DNA of 60,411 nucleotides, counting the filler, from Basidiobolus ranarum (lineage: Eukaryota): NCBI GenBank assembly GCA_040143965.1. It is 5 parts of 5 records of this genome, joined end to end, with 100 filler letters (N's around TTAATTAATTAA, not from the genome) between each part and the next. Parts side by side here need not be neighbours in the genome. Positions count along the whole stretch, not along the records: positions 36,359 to 48,349 come from JASJQH010007450.1; positions 48,450 to 60,411 come from JASJQH010007451.1; 3 more parts are not named here. The stretch is one strand, 5' to 3'. Below are positions 37,928 to 51,017 of this stretch, one piece after another. Each line of letters begins with the position of its first letter. Within the stretch, counting starts at the first letter, position 1. A model generated the notes under the pieces. That model did no database searches and was not told the origin of the DNA. It saw only the letters and a program-made list of their open reading frames with translations. The position numbers and the translations under genes were made by a program.

Positions 37928-40128
37928 GTTGCATGTACAAGTATGGATTTACTTATGCTTCTATATTTAGTGGAAGATGATTTCATTATACATTGACATT
38001 TGCGGACTCTGTTTCCAACTAATTCATTAGGCCACAATTTGTAATAGTAAGATTTCAAGTACATGCTTCAATCACGAGACAAGTGATTTTTGACGAGTAA
38101 ATGTTGACTAATATAAATACAACATAAGGATTAATTAGGTGCATAGAGAGATATAAAACAACGAAACAAAGAGGGAACTGTTCAACATTTGGTGTAGAGC
38201 TGAACTATTACCCACATCTCTACATGCTGTTATTGGACAGCCTACTTCTTAGTAGTTATATCATAGTAGACTGATGGAATATTTGATACTTGGAGAGTCT
38301 TATCCCGCGATTAGCTTTAACTACTTTTGTCAGTACTTTGGAGAAATATTTTCTCTTTACAACGGTTGGCGATATTTGTATATTATATACTGATCAGCAA
38401 TATTGCAGAGTTAGGGTACTTCGTACTGTATAAGTGGAGAGAGCTCATATGACTAGCATATATCAACCGGTTCTACCTGCATTCCCCTCTTTCTTCCCAT
38501 GCAGAAACTCTTTCTAACTGGTGGCAACGTTGACTTGTCTTTAGACAACCTTCTTTCAGATATATATTAATGCATTGTCGAAAATGGAATTTGGATTGAT
38601 GCAGCCAATTAAACCCGCCTAGAGAATATCTTTGTATACTTTTGCTCATGGGCTGAATTCTTTTTTCCTGGCATAAATGCTACTCTCAATATCTTCCACC
38701 CAAAAAGTGAATTTAATCTCCTGCAATGGCCAGAGTATGTTTGTTGGCAAATAAACTGTGTTTGGAACCTCTCAATACACAATCTGTGTAGCCCATTTAG
38801 CTATCTATCTGCGCCGCACACAAAAATATCAGCCTCGAAATGTAAACATCAACACTGCTTTCACATGACACGAAGGGACGAGGACTCTGATTACTAACAG
38901 TACAGCTCTTGATCAGGATATGGATCCGCGACTTTATAAAGCTCGGATTGAAATTAAGCTTCCTTAGTACCCGGGACCTGAAACTCTTACCATTAAAAGA
39001 GTGGCGATTTCCTACCAAGCAAGTCCCATGAACAAGGTGGGCATCCAGCGAATCAGGCTTAGCTGATTGTTCAATGGACAGTATGCACCCGTACCCGTAC
39101 CAGTACCCACCCCCACCCATACTGATCACGAACCTACATCTCTCCTAACTATCACGAATTGATCATACCCCTTACAAAAAGGATCCTCACCAATGCACTC
39201 CTTCATTGGCATCAGGATGCTTTATATGTCGCCGCAAGGGAATTGTGATGTCTCGAGTAAATAAAGTTTGTGCTAAGAAAATGGTCCCGCTAACTTAAGA
39301 GGAAGTAGCCAAGTAACACATGAGCTGTTATGGACTAGTCAGTTGCCATTCACCCAAAGATCCATCAATGAGTAGTACTATTGGGTTAACAGTATTTCTG
39401 ATTAACAGTCATCTTCTAGTGCGTTGATGCCGAATCAGTGCTACATCGAAAGATGGAAGAATTTTCTTCGAGTTGGTCATCAACAGCTTAATCTATTCAA
39501 AGTGGATGCACAACCATCGCTCTTTGGATCCAAAACAATGCCTGTGATACATTGAGGAATCTCCCAGGCTACCACTATATTGAGTGGCTAAAATGAGGGT
39601 TAGAGCCTGTGGATCTAATTATCTTTGTTGATACTTAAATTGGTAATCTTCCATTGCGCTTCTTTTCTACGCATCCAATCAGGGTGCTAGCCACCTAAGC
39701 TTAGCTACTGATCTTCCGATCGAATTTGAAGTCAAACAAATGATTTGGGCCTTTCCCTATCCTAGCATGGCCTTATCATCGTTTTACCTGTGGTGTTTTT
39801 TAATAGTTCAGATATTTATTGGGATCGTTTCAGAATTGCACAAAAGGTTTTGAAGACTATTGGCTCAGCATTCATATAAGATAGCCTGCAACTATCCGGA
39901 ATCCTCAATTTATTTATCTTTTTTCCTTCGTATTCCATCCTTTTGACTACACTGATAGTATTAGTTCTGGGAACTAATTGAAACTAACGCTACATCTTCG
40001 GCTTTTCTGAAACTCTTACTTTTCCTACACATATATTGTTCTTGGCAGGTTCCAGTTCGGTCTCACTTGATTCTCATTATCTTTGTCACTCCTCATTTTT
40101 TATCTTTTGACCACAACAAAGCTACAAG

Positions 40129-41043
40129 ATGAGTTCAGTCTACTCCTCCAACTGCTCTACAACGACAGCTTCTCAAGAGAGCCTGGTCTATATCTCACAA
40201 ACTCTCAAGAGAGCGTATATCACTATTCGTGGAGCTGGTCTCCGAAATTGGCTATGGACCAAGCGGTTGATTATTTTGAAAAATATAGCTATTACCATTC
40301 ATAAGCATGAGGTAACTGAAGAACACTAATTTCTTGATATCCTCATTACTAAACTATTTTATGAAGAATGAATACAAAGCCTCGGAGGTGATATCTCTAA
40401 ACAGCATCGTAGATATTGCTCGTTGTACTGCTCGCCCGCACTGCTTCAAACTGGTGACTACAACGAAAACATACTATCTATCTTGCCGGAGCGAAGAGGA
40501 ATTGAGCTCATGGATGGATGCTATCTATAAAGTACTAATTTCACCACATTTGTACATGATGCCTAGAAACATCTTATTCATTCGTTTTCCTACTTGTAGA
40601 AAACCACCATGAAGGGAATTTCCAATCCTACCCACTTCAGACACGACTCTCATTTGGGATTCAATCAAGAGACCGGCGCTATAGAGTGCACTGGACAGGA
40701 ATTCGAAACAGTACAGACAGGCATTCTGACACGAGAAGAATACATGTCTAATCCCCATGTGATGTTGTCGCTAATGAGTTTATGTGCTGGACAAAGAAAA
40801 CTCTACCCAAGTGAAGGACTCGAAGATCAAGATACTGGGTACCAGTACTTAGTCAAATCTACCTCTAATTTAGGAAAGGATCGGTTCCAGTTACCTGAGA
40901 TTCCCAAGAAATTGTCGATTTTGTTTGATGATTTTGATGTAAGTGAATTTGGGATAATCCGTTACATGTCTCCAGAAGTAAAGCTAACACATCTACCATC
41001 TCCGTAGACATCATCATTCTTTACGAAAGCCAAAGTCAATTGA
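40129..41043 (+). CDS. Cla4/PAK-like N-terminal protein (PH + CRIB + inhibitory-switch-like segment), no kinase domain; 4 exons
   Basis: Introns ~40312-40366, 40532-40599 and 40939-41007. PH domain WLWTKRLIIL...CFKLVT..YYLSCRSEEELSSWMDAIY. CRIB motif ISNPTHFRHDSHLGFNQETG. Stop at 41041-41043. Confidence 0.75.
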
Positions 41044-42099
41044 GATTCTTATTTTAGACCAAATTGGAGGATCTTGAGCACCCTCATATCGATAATTTGA
41101 CATCAATATATTTTGTAAACAATCGTTCTAAAGAGACCTCCCAATAATATCCCCGTTTCTCCTTAGTGGGTTTCTATGCTATCTTGGTTTTGCTCTATCA
41201 ATGGCTGTGGCTGAGTGAAGATTCAGTACTCATGTGTATCATTAATTCAAATTTCATCTGCTTGTACCTTCGTCATTGCACTACGATTCTTGGTTGATCG
41301 TTCAGTGCAGAAATGGATTTTGTTTGTCATGCAGCCATTATTTGTAATTCAAATATGTTTGCTTCTTTTTTTCACATATCCACCAACAATGTTGTCATAT
41401 TCAAGCACTGTTTGATGAAATATATATGATAACCTACCATATCCTTGGGTGCATATAAAACCTAGTTACTCGATCCACTAGGAGAGTGATACTATAGAAC
41501 GAATTAGCCAATTAGTACGTATTAAGAATACTCCAGGTAGCCAATCAACTGCATGTTACGAACTAACCCGACAGTCGAATCTGATTCTAGTCTAATGTAT
41601 GTAGAATGTTGTTACTCATCTTGCAAAATTGACTATAGAATTATGGGATGAATAATAGTATGTTGGCATGTCACTGATTGCTGGGTCAGCATTTGGTTGA
41701 AACTAACGCCTCTATAGTAGATTCGTTCCATCAGACCAGGGGTTGTCAAACCATGATTGAAATTGATCAAGATTGAGAGATTCCATATATTGCAAATCCA
41801 GTATACACTTAGTGGTGAGTATTGATTGTGATGATCAACTTGGTGTTGTGGTGTTTTGTGTCTCTAGTATTAAATATCCAAAATTCAAGGGTTAATTTAA
41901 ATCCATTCATATTCCAATGATTAAATAAGTACACAGCATAGTAACGCCGTTGTCACAAGTTCTACGCAACATGAACATCGTATTACAAAGCGTTAAGAGG
42001 GGCTATGTAGTTTTGAGTCGAAGATATTTGCACTAACTATTATGCGAAAGCATGTAGAGTATTAACATTCTTAACGAAGGTTATCATAGTGTCAAGCAT

Positions 42100-43700
42100 C
42101 GTGAAATGAACTTGTAAAGCACGCTCATACTGATTTGGTTACCAACTATTGCGTATGTCATGAGTATCTATCCAGACGGTGTGCTAGGCTCAGGAAAGCA
42201 TTCGAATTTTGCGACAAATAGTCGATGCAGCTCCCAGTGCGTCTTTGTAAAGAGGACTGGGGTTTGTCTTATTTCCGAGCAAAGGGGTTGGTGTCGGCCG
42301 CTGCAGGAGTCATTACAAAGAATAAGAGAACAAGCTTAAATGGAATAGATATTTCAGATCAAAATTTCAAAACATACTGAACTTGAATAATCATGATCGC
42401 AAGACAATATGGTGGGCTCTATCAACTTTCCAATAATTCGCAGCCTCAATCGAGCCGAAGTCTAATGAAAATCCAAGAATGTATGACTTTTGTATGTTCT
42501 AAAGATTCGTAATTGGTATTGAAGGCCTGAGGGTTTCGCATATCTTACTACCCGTCAGTGCACTAGGAATGTCCATTTATGATTCGTTTGAGGTTTCAAC
42601 AATTTCTACAAGCTTGGCTCTATATTGCCATCGACCTATAGCCCTGGCCCTAATACCAGGAGGATAATGTTGGTAGAATTATTAAAGCCTAACAGTAGTC
42701 TAAAACGGTCCAAGAACTATTGGGTAAGGTTGTATGGTTAGGATATAATTCCCCTAGTGATATCATTATGATACTATTGATGTGAGGCCTTACACATGTG
42801 TTTCAAAATGAGAGCCAACCATATAGCTTCGGTTGGCTACACTTCACTTGGAGATACGAGTCTACAGCTCCATTGGTAGTAGAGTTTTGCATGGTCTTGC
42901 TTTAATGCACAGCAAACTGAGAACTGGCTCGGAATCTTTTTAACCTTGTGCTCAAGCCTTCCGCTAGATGCCATTATACTTGGAATATCGATGGTCTGAG
43001 ACATGTGGGCCAACGGATCTGTATGTCACAACTACCTGAGCCCATCCACGAAAATGGGCTTGCTAGGAGCCTCAATCTAAGGTCGAAAAGTTGGTTTTGA
43101 TGAACTGAGAACTTGTGATACTTAGAGTCTCAATTTAGATCATTTATCAGAGCTGCCTTGTAATCGTAAGACACTTTTGCATCTCAGTTTTTTTGTTGGT
43201 ACCAAGCTGATCGATCGCAAAGATGTGTATGTATGGATAAGACTCCTGAATGTATGGATGCCAAGTATCTACGTAATCTGTTTCTTGAAAGAGCCCAGTC
43301 AAGCCTATCGATAATATCCTTTTGTTCCTCAGGTATTGTTAAGATTTAGCAACTCGATGTTTATGAAGGGCTGTTGTGAGTGTACCATATGGTTACTCTA
43401 CAGGTAGCAATAATGTACTCTGTATATGGGGAAAACGGGTTGGTTATGACGAAATCTGTGAGATTTTGGGATTCCAACTGATTTTCAGCGTCAACGGGTT
43501 GTATGCAGAGCTCGCGGCAATGTATGCTTATGGCGGTCCATTTGAGTTGACAGTATTTTGACATGTCACTCGGCTCCTACGATGTAGATACACCACTGTG
43601 AGAACTCTGTCGAGATATCGTATATATCTGGTTGAATCGCTGTCAAATGAATTATTCTCGATACGAAGAATCAACCAAGTGAATCTGAGCCATTCTTACT
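42100..43700 (+). pseudogene. Probable decayed coding region of unidentified family
   Basis: Coding-like composition with short peptide-like runs (ELLGKVVW, YSFGWLHFTW, GRKVGFDEL, WGKRVGYDE) broken by stops and frameshifts. Confidence 0.3.
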
Positions 43701-44418
43701 TTCTAATAGGAGAATGAAAATAATCGAAAACAAATTAGAATAATAGGCCCATGAAGATCCTGAAGAGTATCTATTGAAGTGTATTCTATAGCTCCGTATT
43801 GTTCCGCAAATCATTTGTTTGGCCCCCTTATTCTATCTTCCAAGACAATTCTCAGTCGCTACTATGGGTTGGATAATCACCACCAGCAGAGCATAGAAAC
43901 ATCTCTTTGCTTTACCCTACTTTTGACTCTGCGGTCGTATGGATTTGATTTGTGAAATAAGCTCATTGCATCAACATTCAGACTTGGAAAATACACAAAT
44001 CAAAAGTTTTCCCCTGGAATACCCATGATATAAGAGTTTCATATTTCCTTTTTGTTGATCCACTTGCACGCCATTTATGACGGATGATTTATAGAGCGCG
44101 CTGGGGCTCATTCTATGCGATTGATTTATCTTGTCGGCACTTTCTGATCTACATTCCTTGATGCCCTTTAGTTAAGAGACTTTACTCTGCCTTTTCCATT
44201 TCATTTCTGGCTCTACTTATCAAATTTCGTGAATTCTTGACCGATTTCGACAGGCATCCGATCTACAGCGTACGCACGCTACCTGGGTTATCAGATCTTG
44301 GGATATTTTTGTTCACCGAATTTCGGTAGATTCGACCCTTCTTTACAGACCTTACAAAATCCTGTAGATTAGTATTGTGAGGAATATTCTGGATTCTCAA
44401 CACTCCAACGCAAACAAG

Positions 44419-46206
44419 ATGCAGTGGAATCAAAGTTTGGAAGAACATCTGACAAACTATGGTCAGATCTACATTCTTTTCTTTCTGAAAAGTTCGATAT
44501 CTGCACCCATACTAATGCTACTTTCTACCGATTCAGGTTGCTTATACACACTTCAACTACTCTACAGTCTTTTCTCTTCCGAACAAAGTAAGATATTGTT
44601 AAATAGAGCCCAAGTTATGCGATGGGGCTCTCAACCTCAGGAGAGTGTGGATTATTGGAATTCTCATAAATCCAGATACAAGGTATATTCATTAAACAAA
44701 TCTGATGATGTTAAAGCACAGAACTAACCTGTATCCTTTGGTGGCTTAGTCCTTTTTGTCCAAGGAAACCGTCCTACCACGTGAATACATCAAAAGATTA
44801 GTGGATGAATGCTGGCAGGGCATATTTTTAATTGGACAGGCCAATTCAAAGTCCAATCGTAGACAAGGGTTATGGTTTTTAAAGCAATTTTGTGTGATCT
44901 ATGGCTTCTCTAGTATTATATTGAAATTGGTAATACACTGGATTCTCTAGACAACGCTTTTCTCTGGTGCTAGCGCTCTAACCTACTTACTTATACATGT
45001 AGCGTAATCCTGCGATGCTCGAGCAATTGCTGCAAATATCTTTGATTGATGAACTTAAAAGCATTCTACCCAAGAATCGAGATACATTCACTGAACTATT
45101 AAACCAACATCGCCAGCAACAGCATCACTCTCATACAACAGACTCTGGGATACAGGAGTGGATGGACGAGGAGAGTGATGGGGAGAGTATGAAATGGAGG
45201 CCGGAGGATACAGAGCTATTTAAAACCTTAAATTTCCTGAACGGTGAGTATCACATATCAGCAAAGCCGCGGGAGGAGAGGTTCTTCATGAGAATGATGG
45301 ATCACATAACAAGGTAACGTCCATGTCGTTCATTCATTGGCATTAAGTTGCAAATTGATTGAGTAGTAGGGATTCAAATATGCTTACTTTCGATATTAAT
45401 CCATTTTTTAGAGTCTCTGCACCGACATTTCCCGTCGAAGTGTTCTCACAAATATTGAGGATACTTCCAGATATCAGTCAAGATGAAATTGATGTTGAAA
45501 CACAATTAGAGATTCTTGGATGTGTCGATTATCTACTTCATGATGCGGCTAAAGATCCAGGTAATTGGAGACGCCAGCTTGAATGCATAATTCTACTATT
45601 GACAAATGATTGAATCCATTATAGTTTTTGGTGGCCACTCATCCAAGACTTGGTTCCGAGAAAGCCCATCTCGAAATGATATGGTCAAAATAATGGATAA
45701 TGGAGTACGCGAATACTTGGAACGATACAAAAAGGGTGGTATTGACCCAAGATTAATTGCGGCTTATCTTAAGCATCAGATCAACGAATCTAATATGCCC
45801 CTAGTACCCATTGAGTTTGTGGACGTACTAAACGAGTTGATCCCTTCAACTAAAGAGGATCAAGGATGTAAGTAGTTATATGGAGATTCACTTCAGTTTC
45901 CTTTACAAATCCTGTTCATTTCTAAGACCTTCCTTTGTAGTCGTATGGAATCCAAGTTCCACCACCGTAAGTCTACTACAAAGCATGTTTCGTCTAAGTA
46001 CTTGGAGATGGGAAATCATCTTACGCGTAATGGATTTGGTAGATATTTTAATGAAAGAGAATTTATCGGAATTTGCGATAGCCATTGTTTTTCCTGTCCA
46101 AAGTCCATCCACTTTTAATGATTGGGAGAAGTTCAAGCGGTGGAATTGGTGTTGGGGATGTTTACTTCAAAGAAGAGCCGAGATTTTCAACCGATTTTCC
46201 AGTTAA
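44419..46206 (+). CDS. Multi-exon protein with a divergent RhoGAP-like domain
   Basis: GT-AG-joined exons. TWFRESPS (arginine-finger-like) and DPRLIAAYLKHQINESNMPLVP resemble RhoGAP consensus blocks. The start codon is uncertain. Confidence 0.55.
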
Positions 46207-48349
46207 TAGAGGGTAAACTCTTTCGCTCAATTACATATTCCGATTGCTTTTGAACAGTGGTGCTTCTTTACTAGTAACCGGAAGATTTTATAGTTCGTCC
46301 CATCAAGCTTGATAATGACTGGATCATGGATAAGTATGCATATATGTATTAATAAACCAAACTCATATTGACAACAACCCCACCATAATAAGCCTGCTAT
46401 TTTTAGCCATCTTTTTGATTGGTTAAGAGTGGTTGCTTAACTTCATGATTTTTCTACATTTAATAGTTACGTTTTAGTTGGAATCATATTCATGCCATCT
46501 GGAGTGGTATGTTTGAATCATGGGTATGGTGTGAGAGTTCAACTAGATTTGAAGGTTGCATTTCTAGTTATGGTGTTTCAATTTCTGTATATGAGCAGCA
46601 AACTAGTGTCTTGACAAACCAAATGTTGGTTGCGAGTATTGAATGAGAATTTAGTAATGAGGTCAGAGGATTCCAGGTAGCACAGATTGAGTTGTTTATT
46701 GCTGTTTACATTACTTTATCGTATCTTGAAAAGTATTAATGTTGTATTGATATGTCCATAAAGGTAACTGCTTTTATATATGGCCCCTGGGGACAACCTT
46801 TAGACATGATATGTAATCCTCATATAATAAGAAGTTAGAAATGTATACATGAATACATATGCACTGAATTCTACTATGAATTCCTTTCCCTAAAGCATGC
46901 TTGATTCTATGTTTAGTGACACTTATGAGTCTGTTAGAATGCAGCAATGGAGAACATAGAAGCACTATCATGCTAGCAAATGCAAAACACCTTGATCCTT
47001 ATCAATAATTTTACTCCACCTATAACCAAAACCATACTAATGCTAACATCATTACAAAGTTTATGCTAATCAAGCGCTGACTTCATTTTCACATTCAATG
47101 AATGCTGCATCGATGCTCCAGGTGGTTTGTTACTCGAAGAATCGTCCAAGAACTTTATCACTGACCTGTTGTGGCCAGCAGGCCGAAATCACGATTACCT
47201 GTGCTGTCGATGAGGAATATAACAATGAGTTGAATCTTTACATAGGGTCATTACAATGACCTCTCATAATTTCCTTTTCTCGTCAGATTGAAATGATCCA
47301 ATCAATGCGGACATGTGAAATAGAACCATGAGTGTATTGATAATGGCTATGACTTTGATGCTGGCAGCTAGATCCATGACAGGATCCACCTGAAATCTTA
47401 CCTGGGCACTTCTCATTTCCAGTTTGTCCAAGTTGACTCAGAGAAGAGCTTTCTGGCAATCCTGGGATTTCTGGAATCCAGCCTTAGCGGTCATCTGATC
47501 TGCAGCGATACTGGAACGAATCTCAGCGGCAATATGCGCAGAGAGCATGGCATCCTTGCTTACATCTAGTGCATCACTCTGCGTTGCCCCAAAATCATAC
47601 GGGGCATTGACCATTTGAGAAGCAGAGGTGTGCTTAGGCAATGCGGTTCACATTGACAAAAATGGCAGTAATAGATGGCCAGGTTCATTGGTTTCAAAAC
47701 TGTCTCACACTTAGCATAGTATTGACCCGACTAACCTATTAGGATCCAGTTATCCAGATATTTGACAATTAAATCATAAATATGGAGATGCTACGAATTT
47801 GGCTATGAGACAAAGTGATTCACATTCCTGAAGCATTGCAGAAAATGGTCCATGTACCACACGAAAGAATTATGCCACTTGGCTTGGAAATCGCCATGTA
47901 CTCAGCAATTCATTTATCCCCAAACACTTCAGCACTGCTTTGTCTCATTATAACCAGACTACGGATAAATGGGATAGTGGAATTGACGAAGGGCATATTC
48001 ATCCCAATGAATCATTAAAATGGCTCATTTTATGAGTACTTTAAGCCTCCGAGACACGCCAGTTCCATTTACGTGAGGAAGCCTGATACAAATAATATTA
48101 GCCTATCATTTGGTGTTGATTTCGCTCGCGTTCACCGTAATCCATCAATGGAATGTGTGCTCATGATGAATAAGAGTATCTACTTGAGTCAAGAGCAGCC
48201 GGTTGAACTGGGTATTCCAGGTAATACTTTTCCAGAAGAATGGGATTCAAGTCTTTGGTTTGACAATGCAATGTATTGAAGAAGGGCCCCTATCCATCCC
48301 TCCAAAGTATTGCTCTGAATACCCATAACCGGTGCCCGAATATACTTAT

Positions 48350-48449
48350 NNNNNNNNNNNNNNNNNNNNNNNNNNNNNNNNNNNNNNNNNNNNTTAATTA
48401 ATTAANNNNNNNNNNNNNNNNNNNNNNNNNNNNNNNNNNNNNNNNNNNN
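48350..48449. other. Artificial contig linker
   Basis: N44-TTAATTAATTAA-N44. Confidence 0.98.
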
Positions 48450-48530
48450 CATGCGCGACCATAATTAGTGGACAAGGTATTTCGCTACCTTAGGACGGTC
48501 ATAGTTACCGCCGCCGTTAACTAGAGGTTC
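48450..48530 (-). rRNA. Short LSU rRNA fragment (H69-H71 region), mitochondrial/bacterial type; probable NUMT
   Basis: The minus strand reads AACGGCGGCGGTAACTATGACCGTCCTAAGGTAGCGAAATACCTTGTC. CCTAAGGTAGCGAA is the organellar/bacterial form; cytosolic 28S has CTTAAGGTAGCCAA. Confidence 0.8.
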
Positions 48531-49097
48531 TTTCTAGGAGCCTGACTTAGGATGATTGATCCTTAGTTGGGATACCACCAGTATTACTTATGTTGTCTGA
48601 ACGTGTTCAAATAAAGTGGCAATTCAAAAGAAGGCACAATAAATGCTGGGTATACTCGAGAGGTCTTTTCATGCAAAGCAATGCTAAGTACCACCTTTTG
48701 AGCTCAAGGATCAGACAATACTGGAGCACATACCTTCAAGTCTGTCGTACTTTTCAATACTACCAGTATATCATTGCTAATTAATTCTCCGTACCACCTG
48801 CCAATCCCTCCCCATTCTTGCCCTGAGTTTCCCCCTTTCACTGCTTAAACTCGTGGAAAGTGGGCATTTTTGGCTTGAATATTCGTGCAAATGCATGCAT
48901 ACCATTGATTTACTAGATACTGCACTAGCTAGGTTATGCAGCACCCTGTATTGCCATATCTCAACATAGATAAAGAGGGCCATTCTCGTAAGTCATCAGT
49001 GATTCTCTATCCTCCAAGACCAGCTCAATAGCAAGGCTACAAGCAACATACTCGTCTACTTTCAGACGCACAACAGAGTTTAGAACCAACGCGCAAG

Positions 49098-50164
49098 ATG
49101 AAAGAAGATATACCCTCCAAAGAAGATCTATACAACCTGGTAATTGTGCACCATGGAATACGAACCACTTCTAGACTGGATGATTTCGACCCTTATATCA
49201 TGATTACCTCTCACTTTGTCTCCACCAAGTTCTTGATCACCTTTCGTCTTTGTAGTCTCAGTATATTCACTGGGATATTCATATTGAATGCAATGCTCCA
49301 AGGTGACTCTTTTGGTCACTTTCTCCTACTGTTCACTAATCTATCGTACGTTGGTTTGATCTTATACTTTGGGGTAATTGGAAATGAATTTGTTATGTGC
49401 TAACATGATGTGTTTCTAGTCATCCACTAAATACTCTCTTTCTTAGATCAGTTCCTATCTCTCCTATCGCCACCTGAACTCGTGTGACGCGTTTATTTTA
49501 CACTCCAAATTGGCGAAAAGTCCAATGTGGAGAACAGCTTATTGGCAGCTTTATCATACAATGGTGGTGTTTCAAGTGACAGCATCGATAATATTTTGGT
49601 CGGCAGCTATGAGAGGTGGGTATGAGTATCCATATCGCTCTCAAAAACTCCTAAGCTACAGCACCTACAGCTTCAACTTCGTTCTGGTGTCGATGGAGCT
49701 CTGCTTATCGAAATGGACCATGAGCTGGTCTCATCTTCCATTCTTGCTATTCGTAGTCGTACTCTACTTGACCATAGCGTGGATATATTTTGTGACGTAA
49801 GTAGTATGAAATGATTGTTTACTTCAACCTAACCTTACCAATATATCACTTGATCTGTAGCACTGGGCAAACCTTGTATTCTATCATGAATCTGAACACT
49901 TCGGCAGGTATCATATCAGCTCAATATGTATGCATCTTCCTGATGTTTATCTTGATATTCATTATGATGCTGTTTGTACATCGATTGCGGGAGAACCTCG
50001 CCTGCTCTTTGGCCCAAACCATCCGTGGAAAGCGCAGATTATCGGATATCGAAGAGATTGAGGAACAATTGACTAACCCAAGAGCCAATACCAACCCAAC
50101 CGTCCCGAATTTCGCCGCCACTCAGTTCCCGGTGGGGTGTCAACAGTTGATGAGTATATTATGA
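49098..50164 (+). CDS. Rolling-stone/FAR-17a-like multi-pass membrane protein (3 exons)
   Basis: FLLLFTNLSYVGLILYF, YWQLYHT...IIFWS, MELCLS and HLPFLLFVVVLYL. GT-AG introns at ~49374-49447 and ~49797-49860. Confidence 0.7.
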
Positions 50165-51017
50165 CCCCTCCAAGCGTATATCATCACCGTATACAAGGTG
50201 TATTCACAGTTCTAATCATTCTAAACAAATATCCCGCACAAAAAAGAATCCACAATTCAACCCAAGAATGAGGTTGGTGGGTAGTAGCTACGTTCAACCT
50301 ATCTTTCAGTGGACTATTTTCGTTACTCTCACCTTTCCTCTCATTAGTTTATGAAATGCTCTATCGGTTGAGTTGGGTATCAATGCCAATGTGACCTTCA
50401 ATTTATAGTTCATTCTGTTAAATATTGATTCACTCTTTAATAGGATTATCTCTTTCATCCCTCTTTATCCTTCTCACCATCGGCGTAATATATACTTTCC
50501 TCTCACTGCCTTTATATATCTATATATGTGTATATTTTCGCTAGACAAACCAATCATGACATTCAACTTTTCGATAAATTACTCACTTCAAATGTTACCT
50601 TCATATGTATCTTGTCTGCCTCCTTAATTCTCCCTGGAAGGGGGAGGGGATGCAGGGAGATCTCATGAAATTACAGATATCTTGAGTTATGCCTCACTTA
50701 GAAACGGTTGATTCATTTAAATAGATACCCCGAATTCAATACTTGTTTCTTGTCTTATACTAATATGAATCCCAGGTTAATCAGATATCATATAATGAAG
50801 AAGTTTTCTACCGAGTATCCTTAAAGTGAATCAATTCTAGTCAATAAATATACTACCTCTACTCACTAGTTGAACCTCTAAAAAATCATTTCTTATGTTA
50901 ACTAGTTACAATTTATTCGATCAATAATAATATACCATTACACTACTAAATTATTGAAAACTTCCACTATATACGTTAGATATTCTCAAGGTACATCACG
51001 TGATACGAGAACGGATT

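Noticed and set aside
44731-44740. GTATCCTTTG, matching a U12 intron donor
   Set aside because: It lies between the branch point and acceptor of an ordinary U2 intron that already restores the frame.
47394-47410. ATCTTACCTGGG, resembling the U1 snRNA 5' end
   Set aside because: The match is imperfect, with no U1 stem-loops or Sm site.
47815-48018. IHIPEALQK...RIMPLGLEIA, resembling the RT MPFGL motif of DIRS/LTR elements
   Set aside because: No YxDD or other supporting motif is found. At most a heavily decayed relic.
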